A stretch of 42,999 nucleotides of DNA, from the NCBI GenBank assembly GCA_002633005.1, contig NMRA01000030.1, forward strand, positions 1,090,237 through 1,133,235, written 5' to 3'. Below, one piece after another: positions 33,472 through 42,999 of this stretch. A program made the position numbers and the translations under genes. Below the pieces are notes generated by a model that was not told the DNA's origin, did no database searches, and was given only the letters and a program-made list of their open reading frames with translations. Source of the stretch: Phoronis australis. Lineage: Eukaryota > Animalia > Phoronida. Position 1 is the first letter of the stretch, and each line of letters opens with the position of its first letter.

Positions 33472-34488
33472 CTTTGAGGCTAGACCGAAATGCCTGTACA
33501 ATGGAAAGCAAAGAGTCCTTCTGAAAAAGGACACAACAACTTGATTAAGACTTGTATGTACATCCAACCAAGACAATGTAGGGCTCAGCTTACGGATGTT
33601 CCAACAGGACTCGACGTTATTGTCACCTTCAGTAATTCTGTGGTTGTAAGCAAAGGCTAACATCAAGTCAACAAGGCCAAGCAAAATTTGACTTCTTTCG
33701 AAATCTGTGAAAATGTATTCTTTCTTTGGGAGTTTCAGCATCAAATCCCTCTCTGCACCTGTAAAACATACCGCAGTTTCACCATGATATGCTGGCGTGT
33801 CTTTATCTAGTAAAACACTCTCATACCATGCAGGCTTGAATGCTATTAAGCATTTGATGGCATCATCATCAAATAAGTCGGCTAAATAATGTTCTGCACT
33901 GAAACAATGTCTCTCGTTTTCTCTCCTCTGACTTCCTCTGTCCTGTACAGAAGTGGAATCCGGATAACACAAGTCAATTATTTCCTTTGTCATTTCTTCG
34001 CCAAGTTTCGTAAACACATTGCTTCTCAATTGGCCAAATCCGTACTTAGAATTCCCAAGGTAGTCACCCCACACAACAGGATGCCAATCAAATTCGACTT
34101 CTTCTCCTTCATCCTCAGGATTACATTCACATTCTGCTCCTTCAATGGACTGTGAACTAATAACTTCAATCATAGGTGCACCTAAAGTTTCTTTCTTAGG
34201 TGTTAATAAAGAAGTTATCATGTCTAAGCCTTCAAAATTATCTCCAGGCGTTTCTTTGGCTACACGTACAATATAGGTACCATTTGTACTGTCATATTTG
34301 GCAGATTCCTGACCATCCTCAAGAATGACTCCGGGCAAAGTCAGACACAGGAAATACGGCTTGGAGAAGAAACGAAATTCTGAGCCCTCTATAAATATTT
34401 CTGTCTCCGTAATTTTTGTATACGGAGCTTCAATGTTTATCGTGACAAAGTTACTGTCTTGGGACAAGTGGAAGCGTGGTGTCAACAT
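33472..34488 (-). CDS. SHQ1: SHQ1 coding exon 1 (CS domain plus most of the Shq1 domain)
   Basis: MLTPRFHLSQD...FFSKPYFLCLTLPG, YGFG, FSAEHYLADL, TEGDNNVESCWNIRKLSPTLSW, RRTLCFPLYRHF; 1017 nt ending AAG|gtaatc. Exons 1-3 splice to about 500 aa. Confidence 0.97.
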
Positions 34489-34498
34489 TATGTTGATC

Positions 34499-34512
34499 CT
34501 AGAAAAATAAAC
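34499..34512 (-). promoter_or_regulatory. Splice acceptor 10 nt upstream of the SHQ1 ATG
   Basis: gtttatttttctag|GATCAACATA-ATG. Confidence 0.6.
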
Positions 34513-34560
34513 ATCAATAAAATATGATTACACACTCAAAACTTTTTTATTTGTAACAAT

Positions 34561-36767
34561 GGGGCTATTCAGAAAGTTAACATTAATTAGAGGGTGCGCG
34601 TGTACTAGTGGTGATAGATAAGCAGCCTCGATTTCACGAGCCCTTTAAATACATGGTGAAATGGCTTGTAGCCATGCCAACTGAATCTGAGATTGCGTGA
34701 AAAGGGTGCTTCTATGAGAGGAAGTAAGCACGACCTTACACAAAGGTAAGGTTTGGGATTATTTTAACGATTATTCCATGTGTATTCTGCTGATGCCTGC
34801 TAACTGAGGTACTTGCCAACGTCGACTTCGTGGCAGACACATCAAAGCAGTATTATTGTTTGGAATGATTTCTATGAGGTTTATCAGTGAGTTAAATCAA
34901 TCAATGCTGAATGGTTATGCTGCCAACTCAATATTGGTTAGTGAGTTAAGATTACAATCCAACCCCAATGGCAAAGGGAACCTGACAAATACCCATTAGA
35001 CTATTTGTTTACTCCCTATCCTATGTCTTCCGGAAATCTATTACACATTGAAATTGAAATCTATCACGTCTGTTTTCACTTGACCTTTGATCGCTTCTGC
35101 ACCGTCCCTGAATGGTCAGAAATTGGTTTTAAGCATTTGACTGCAGCTAACCAGCAAGATCTTCCCATCCAGTGCAGATCTGTTGTCAAAACCTACTTTC
35201 TATATTGGAAACAACGAACAAAGCCTTTGAAATGGAACAGCTAGTTTTAAAGAAAGGTATGTAAGTCGTTTTGTTAATTTACTTATTCAGGTCCTTAGTG
35301 GGGGATTGGCATAGGGGGTTGGGGTTGTAAAATTTGGTGCAACTGAATGTGTGGAAATAACAGGTAATACATGTCTAGGGGAAAGAGCATGCTGAGGTAA
35401 TTCTTAACCTCCATGAAGTTCATTCAAGTTTTTTTCATGAAATTGTTTTGCTATCAATTGTAAACCCATAAAAATATATTACATTTTCTGAATTCTTAGT
35501 GACAGAATAGCCTTAACTCATGCCTTGAAATGTTGCAAGTCTTTTAAAAATTCAAATGACTGCCATTGTTTGTGAAAATTGCATTTTTGATGGTGCCTTA
35601 CGATTTGTAATTACTCTTAAACAACAGAAAGATTATCCATCATTTTTTAAATGACCCAAGTCTTCTATTAGAAGAAAAATAAAAAGTCTGAGAAACAGTT
35701 CCCTCAGCCTTGAACTAGAAGTATGCTTGACAGACCCATCTGTAATCGGAGTTTCAAATTGCTGAAAGTATCAAAAATATAAAGGCTTGAAAATGGGTAA
35801 CAAAGGTTTGAAGTTGTCTAAAAAAACTTGCATATTTTGTAGAAAAGTGATGCGTTTAAAGAATTGTTATGCCTACGAATGAAAAATAGGGACGCAGTTT
35901 TATACAATATTGCACTCTTGCTTTCTGAAAATAGTAATTAGATAATTTTATGTGAAATTGTAGAGCAGTCACCATATCATATTCTTGAAAAACAGGGGTA
36001 GCATTTTTGACCCAACCAGGAGTACTTGATTATTCATATTTCAATATCTGTTCCAGGTTCAGTGACATTTTACGGCCACTTCAAAAAGCTTAGTTCGTAG
36101 CTCATGTCTGCTGCAAAATGAGCTGTAAGGATTTTGCCTCAAGGGATGGTGACGGAAGCTAAAAGCGAGCACAGGTGAAATGCTGAAAGCTGACCAGCCA
36201 TCCTCAAGTGAACTACTGAACCAAGAAGAGAAGTGATGCAATAATTAATTTTCATTGGCAACCAAATACAATTTACTGAACACTTACCTCATGTCAACTG
36301 AATGCTTTGAGGATTTACGCTCGCGACGTGAATGGAATCCAAGAAGTGAGACATTTGTTCACTGCCTCATGACTCAAATCTTCATAGTTCATTTGGCACA
36401 CATGTGAGCTATGAACTACGCTCATTTTCATTTGAGACACGGAGCTCTCCAGGTCTTAAGTGCTTAGCTCATTACCTTTGATAGTCAATGAACATTAATC
36501 ATTGCATCACCTGACAAACAAATATTTATCTCTGGCTCATTCTAGCCATGTGCTACTTACGCTCTTGCTTGCAGTGGGCAGGTAACCTACAACCAGCTAC
36601 TAGTACAGTGCGCGCTGCATGGACGCACCCAGCCTTCACTATGGAGGGCTCGAATTCCTGACGTGGACCTTTTGCTAACAAAAGAGCAGGCAGACTAAAA
36701 AAAAACCAAAAAAAAACAAAAAACGGGAGCACCACTGTGGAGTGCGCGTTTGCGATTATTTAGTCCC
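34561..36767. mobile_element. Decayed ISL2EU-type element directly upstream of SHQ1
   Basis: AT|GGGGCTA...TAGTCCC|AT; shares AATGGGGCTATT and TGTACTAGTGGTGAT with the 6485 end; SAP-like exon on + (34693-34745 LREKGASMRGSKHDLTQR|gt); 36040-36085 is similar to rc of 8675-8720; HTH-like piece on - (36392-36330 MNYEDLSHEAVNKCLTSWIPF). Confidence 0.6.
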
Positions 36768-38339
36768 ATTTTTTTTCGACTTTTTGTCTCTCAGGGGCGG
36801 ACCTTCTTGACCACTTCGTCAAATAGGGGGACTCATTCGAGCGCTGTGTTATAGTTTAGTTGAGGACAGCAGTTCAGCTTGTAGCTACATGCATGGCACT
36901 AACATAAGTCTGAAGGGCCAGCGCAGACAGATAGCTTTGAGTCTCAAGTAAAATTTGCCTCACTTCATTGTTACCCACACATTCCAACATACGATCCTCG
37001 ATTTTGGTGACAATTAAAGGCCACATTCCACTATCAAAAATGTGGCGCAAAATACGTTGAATCAATATGAAAAGTGAAAAGCACTGCTTGTGTCAGGGGC
37101 CCTGAGAGGTCACTCATACTGACAGGGAGCACGTAGGCGGGTACCAAAACTTGCGTGCAGGTGGCGTGGGGTCCAATAGGCCCCTTAATTTCCATTTCAT
37201 CCTTGCAAAAGGCCCACTGCATTGGCCTTAGCAGAAAAAAACTATCCGACAAGAGGGGTTGGAATTACACCCGCAATAGGAAGGTCTCTGTGCAATTTGT
37301 GGTACAGGCCTGCAGGCACTGCTTGTCATTGCGAGTGATTCCCAAGGGACACGAATGTCATATCCCTAGGCGCAAACAACTTGTAAAAAATGGCCAATTG
37401 TCGATTAGTGCAATTGAACGAAAGACCACGCACGCCAGGGCCAGGGGGATACGATGTCATACCACATGCCGTGTGCAGTATTAATAATGGCAGGTTACTG
37501 ATTTTGAGAACTGAACAAGGAACTGCTCTAAGAAAAATTTTGATAATATTTCTTCGAGTTGGAAGAAATAAAACACATAAACAGCCTCCTAAGGTATCCC
37601 TCTATATGCAAAAGGTACACTTGAGAACCCAATGGTCGTCCGCCTAAGCGTAAAACCGGCTTGTTGTCATACTCACCAAATTATTCCCCTTCAAAGTTAT
37701 GCTCTGAATAGGATTTGATTCAACTCTCACAAATATATAGTATTCGTTGATTCAAAAGTTTTCTTTTATTGATGCCGAGTTGTTCAACTGTGCATTGCTT
37801 TTCGGCAGCCATGTTTTAATGACTCCTATGGTCCTCATATGCTGCCGCCTTTTGAAAGAACAGAAAACCACGTTCCAATCTGGAGTGCTTGTCTGCCAGT
37901 CAGGTACAAACTTTTCGGGAGAAACGCGCATCGAAGAACTGAGACAAAAATTGGTGCATTTACCGACTGTTGAAACCACTTAAAAACTTGTAGATTTTAC
38001 TAATGCACATTTTTGTTCATTTTCAGAAGATATTTTCGAAATCAAATTTTCTTCAGACGGAACAAAACAACCCAGGGATTGTTCATACAATGTATCTATT
38101 TGTCCCAGGCACTAACCGACACCTGTCAGGCCAAAGGAAAAATGTAGCAGACAAATGCAACACGCTGGGTGCTTAACAGTTTCGGCCCACGCAATGGTCA
38201 TCAAAATATTGCCCACTTGTTCTTTATTGCAAAACACAGTACTGAAATGGCGGATTTCAGTTGTGCTTCAACTTGTACGCCTGTCGTAGGTGAAACTTCC
38301 GAGTTTAAGCAAGCAACCTACATTTCAAATTCAATAATT

Positions 38340-40745
38340 TTCTCCATATCTCTTCATACTGTGCACAGAGATCATGGCAATTACGGTCCTTCAGAATTCA
38401 AAAATTAAAGGCATTTGTATTGGGAGCAGATCTCATAAAATAATGCAGTATGCCGATGATACAGTCTTATCTCTTAATAGGTCTAGCGACTCTCTGAATG
38501 AAACCCTGAATCTTTTAGACCAATTTTTCAAGTTCTTTGGACTAAAACCTAATTCTAATAGAAAAAACAGAATGTGTATGGACAGAGTCTATGAAATAGT
38601 GACATAAGGTTATGCCCTGAGAGAGAGCTACTTTGGAGAAAAAAATATTTCACCACACTTGGTATTAAATTTAGTCTTGAGCTGCCAGAAATAACCACAT
38701 TAAATTATGAAGAAAAGATCAGTGAAATTGAAGGTGGTCTCAGGACGTGGGCCAAAAGAATTTTGACTCCCCTGGGAAAAATAACTGTAATTAAATCATT
38801 TATGATTTCCGAGCTAACTCATTTGTTTATTGCATTACCTTCCGCGTTACAGGAAACAATTCAAAGACTAGAAAAACTTTTCTATAATTTTGTATGGGAT
38901 GGTAAAAACGATAAAATCGGTCGAACTACGTTAATTCAAAATTTCACGCATAGAGGCTTTAAAATGATACACATTAGCTCTTTCATCAAATCTTTAAAGG
39001 TTTCATGGTTTCGTAAAATAAATTCATGTAGTGAAGAGTTGTGGATGGATATTTTGTCCCAAAATAACTTTTTTAATACCCATCATAACTACTTGTGCTT
39101 TGGCACAACATTTTATGAGATCTGGTCCAAAAATATTTCGAATTTGTTCTGGAAAGAGATATTCTCTTACATTAAAGAATTTTTGAGTAAATTTCCTATA
39201 AAAAGAGAAAATGTTATATATAAACCTTTGTGGTACAACTCTAATATTTTGGCAGGTAAAAGACATTTATACTACAGAAGGTGGTATGAGAAAAATATTG
39301 TATTTATTTATGACTTTTTAGACTCTAATGGGACGTTTATGAATTATCATAATGAAACTTTCTGTAACGTACATGATTTTTCTCCACCCTTCACTGAATT
39401 CCTTGGTCTTAGGAGTATATTACGATCATATCTAAAAGATAGTAAAGGTCACGTCTTTCAAGTTACTTTACCTAATTTTGCACAGGTATTCTCTAGCACC
39501 CTATTATGCCAAAAGCCAAATTAATTTATCTATGATACTTTAGTTTATCAGCTATATAGAAAACCAAAATTTGAGTTAAAATGGGAGATGGTGTTGAATC
39601 AGGCCTTCATGCAGCGTACGTCCTGGGCGTCCAAATGGACGCCCCAGCACTAATATGGACGCCCTGGCAAGGACGCCCAATGTATCATTTGGACACCCAC
39701 TGTCAATAGGAACCTTTCAAGTTTGGACACACACATTGTAATGATTACTAGGAAGCCTCTGAAGGCTCACAGTGGGGGCTCTTTTTTCAAAGCAGGAAGA
39801 AATATACAATGTATATACAAAGTATATACAATGTTGCTATGCTCACACTTGGTTGATAGCATTGTAAAAGTCTTGGTCTACACCAATGTTTTATTAAAAT
39901 GCTCACTACAGAAGGCTGTTTTGTAAACTTAGATGTAAAAACCTTGGTCTATGCATTTTTTTGTAAAAAAAATCTGTGTGTTTGGGGGGATTGCTGGGGA
40001 TGGGGGGTTACGCGTCGGAATTATGGACGCCCTGGAATATTGGGAACCTCATTTTGGACACCCTATTTTCGAAATCCTGGATGAAGGCCTGTGTTGAATT
40101 TGCAATTATCTGATGAATGGTGGAGAAAAACCTACTGTTGCTCTGTAGACTTCACATCTGATACGAAATTAAAATGGTTTCAAATTAGATTGACCCATAG
40201 AATTTTAAGTACAAACACTTTTCTCCATAAAATTGGAGTTACTAACTCGCAATTGTGCACCTTTTGTAAAAAGGAACCAGAGGACTTAATTCATCTCTAT
40301 TGGTCTTGTCATGTTGTATGTTCCTTTTGGTCGGCATTATTTCGATGGATCGACCAAAAAGTAAATATAACCTTAAATCCTGCCATCATCGATATCCTTT
40401 TTGGTAAGCATTCTGAATCAAAAGTAATAAATCTAATATTGATATTGTGTAAATATCATATATATCGTCGTAGGTTAGAAAAACGCTTGCCCTGTATTGA
40501 ACATCTCAAGGCAGAGATATACGAATACTTCAAAATTGAAAAATACATTTTTGCCAAAAATTGTGAACTTTTAGAATTTCATAAGAGATGGTCTCCTGTG
40601 GTTCTTTTGTTTCGTTGACTGGGGTTACAACTAAGATTTAGGCCCCCAGAGTGAATGAGTGTATGAATGTGTATATTCCCTTTAAATTTAGTATATGTCT
40701 CACGCTACTTATGGATGAATAAATGTTAAAAAAATAAAAAAATAA
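38340..40745 (+). mobile_element. 5'-truncated L1/Tx1-group LINE (RT C-terminal half to CCHC zf-RVT), interrupted by a hAT MITE
   Basis: SPYLFILCTEIMAI, QYADD, LTPLGKITVIKS, PLWYN, KWFQIRLTHRIL, CTFCKKEPEDLIHLYWSC; stop at 40618; AATAAA plus A-rich tail at about 40718-40744. Confidence 0.92.
39600..40091. mobile_element. hAT-family MITE (492 bp)
   Basis: TIR CAGGCCTTCATGCAG / rc CAGGCCTTCATCCAG; perfect 8-bp TSD TGTTGAAT (39592-39599, 40092-40099); subterminal GGACGCCC repeats. Confidence 0.95.
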
Positions 40746-41631
40746 TTCTAATCCAAAACTTAACTGATTGAAAATATTCAAGTTAGTATTTTAATGATTA
40801 TTTGTAATTTTATTTCACTGACAGCTCATTTTAGCCAGTGACTTAAAATTTTATTGCATAAACTGGGATATCTTGTTTCTCATCTTGACATCATGCACTT
40901 TTCTTGGTTGAAGCACAACACACACTCGGCCAGGAAACACATTTCGTGCGAGTGTTACAATGCGCGTGGCAGACGAGTTAACTCAATGGCTTTGGGCAAA
41001 AGTGAAACCTTCATAAAAATCACAGAACACAAAATAACTTCGCATACCAGTACAGGAAATTTTTCTGTTTTTTTTCTCTAAAAATCAAGCATTTTCCTTG
41101 ATTTCTGATGTATTATCCAAGAAAAAAGGCAAAAAAAACCACGGAGAACGTGTCACACAGGAAAAACTGCGAGTTCCACAGACTCAAACTCACAGACTCG
41201 AACTCACGCCCCCCCCCCTAAATCCACCTATGCATCATGGAATAAGGTCCTTGAGTTTGTGATTTTGACATTTTTTTGGCATTTTTGTAGTCAAATTAAC
41301 ACCCCAAGGCAATTTAAAAAGTTCAAATGAAAGAGGGTATTCTAAGATTTGTTCGATGGTAGTTTCGTGGAGTTCCATGCACATTTGAGTAGAAAATTCT
41401 GAGTAAACAGATCTTGAGTGTCCAACCTTTATGTTTTCTTAGTAGTGAGTGACGTCATTTGCGATCGAGGAACAGATAAACTCAAGCGCCTGTGGTTGAA
41501 ACAACTCGGCATAAAAAAAGAAAACTTTTGAATCAACGAATACTATGTACTTGTGAGACTTAAATCGAATCCTATGCAGAGTACAACTTTGAAGTGGAAT
41601 AATTGGGCGAGTACGACAACAAGCCAGTTTC

Positions 41632-42597
41632 TAGGCAATAACCATCGCCTCTGTTGGCCCGACCAGAGGCGATGCAGCTCTTATAAGCGCTCCATACGTC
41701 GGAAGCTTTTCGGCAAATTATGCCTCGCACCGATTAAAACATCAAAGTGACGTTGTTGTAAATACCTTTTGCGCATAGAGGAACACCTTAGGAGGTTGTC
41801 GATGTGTTTAATTCCTTCCAACTCGAACAAATACTCGCGTTATCAAACTTTTTCTTCGAGCAGTCCCTATTTCAGTTCCCAAAATCGTGAACTCACCATT
41901 TTCACTTGGCGCACGCCAAGAGATATGACCTCATTCTTTTAACCAGGCCGAAGGTCAGAAGTTGCAGTCCTACCGGCGAACTTTGAAAGCTGAAGTCCCC
42001 GCCCTCTGCGCATGTGCTGCCGGGAACTAGCCGTGCATTTGCCGTGTTGTTAAACATTAAAATGTCAAATATATGCACAAAGACTATTAAATGTCATATC
42101 AACAGCATTTATTTTTATCAGATACAAACAATAATTCATTGAAATGCTATCAGTTTCAAATAACGCCAATTAAAGACAAGTAGTGGGGGCATTTTGGAAA
42201 TGGACATTTGGACCGCAATGGGCTCACCTTTGGCCTATTTAAAGATTGAAGTCATGAAGTCACATCACCTAGCGAGTGCGGTAAAAATTGGAGCGTGCGC
42301 AGTATAAAAATGGTGAGTTCACGATTTTGGGAACCGAAATAGGGACTGCTCGAAGAATAAGTTTGATGAAGGGAGTACTTGTTCGAGTTGGAAGGAATTT
42401 AACACATCGACAACCTAGCTCCTAACTTAGTACTAAGGTGTTCCTGTTAGTGTTGCGCAAAAGGTATTTATAACAACCTGACTTTGATGTTTTAGTCGGT
42501 GCGAGGCATAATTCGCCGAAAAGCTTCTGGTGTATGGAGCGCCTATAGGAGCTGCATCGCCTTTGGTCGGGCCAACAGAGGCGATGGTCATTGCCTA
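41632..42597. mobile_element. Foldback non-autonomous DNA transposon, TAG...CTA ends, 9-bp TSD (AcademH-like or MULE)
   Basis: About 285-bp TIRs (41632-41915, 42293-42597); perfect TSD GCCAGTTTC at 41623-41631 and 42598-42606. Confidence 0.92.
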
Positions 42598-42620
42598 GCC
42601 AGTTTCATGCCTTTTAAGCT

Positions 42621-42990
42621 TAGACTAGTTAGGCGGACGACCCACAGGCGTCCTCAGCTTCTGATCGTCCCCAATACACTACATATAATACTACAAGGTA
42701 TGACACTCCCGACTAGAAATTCCATGGGTGCTTCACTTCAGCCGTCCATAGCAAACATAAAACTCAATAAATTTGCACAAAACAGGGGTTCAACAAACCA
42801 TGAAGAATTGTTCTTTCTCCCAATACCATTCACGGTGTCCTGTTACGACGACTTCGTAAGAAATTCGCAGTCAAAGAACAAAAATGTTCACAAAAAGCCC
42901 CCACACACGTTCTCCCTAGGCCCGTCGAGGTCAAGGACGGTACGGAAATTGTCGCTTTGTCGCGTAAAGTCACGATGTCGCTACTTCCGT
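42621..42990. repeat. Dispersed repeat copy 2 (inverted relative to 1775-2099); probably continues beyond the window
   Basis: GGCGTCCTCAGCTTCTGAT.GTCCCCAATACACTA...TACTACAAGGTATGACA is the reverse complement of 2035-2090; begins with TAGACTA. Confidence 0.8.
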
Positions 42991-42999
42991 AACTCACCG

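Noticed and set aside
36870-37650. Cluster of short ORFs upstream of SHQ1
   Set aside because: No recognisable protein motifs in any frame; left unassigned.
1775-42990. Giant 41-kb transposon bounded by the inverted repeats at 1775-2099 and 42621-42990
   Set aside because: The shared TAG terminus of each copy faces the window interior, so they are two independent copies rather than outer TIRs of one element.

Overview
AT-rich eukaryotic genomic DNA, probably from an invertebrate animal, with an assembly gap at 17625-18452. Two host genes are recognisable. (1) On +, four symmetric phase-1 exons each encode one thrombospondin type-1 repeat (TSR), arranged as two tandem-duplicated pairs (A1, A2, B1, B2). 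They belong to a larger extracellular-protein gene whose ends I cannot see. (2) On -, there is a complete three-coding-exon SHQ1 (H/ACA RNP assembly chaperone, about 500 aa). Most of the rest is nested, decayed transposable elements: two ISL2EU-type elements (THAP/HTH plus convergent SAP/YqaJ), a Sola3 element with TTAA TSD, a hAT transposase relic split by an insertion with a 5-bp TSD, a Gmr1-like Gypsy integrase relic, CR1 and L1/Tx1 LINEs, several MITEs, a foldback element with a 9-bp TSD, and two Penelope-like relics with hammerhead ribozyme motifs. The most intriguing signals are a Penelope terminal unit in SHQ1 intron 2 that carries a tRNA-like (Pol III-type) module directly upstream of a hammerhead ribozyme, and the unexplained 5' end of SHQ1 (splice acceptor 10 nt before the ATG, next to a transposon that retains sense-strand splice donors). 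All calls come from reading the sequence by eye; no searches were run.
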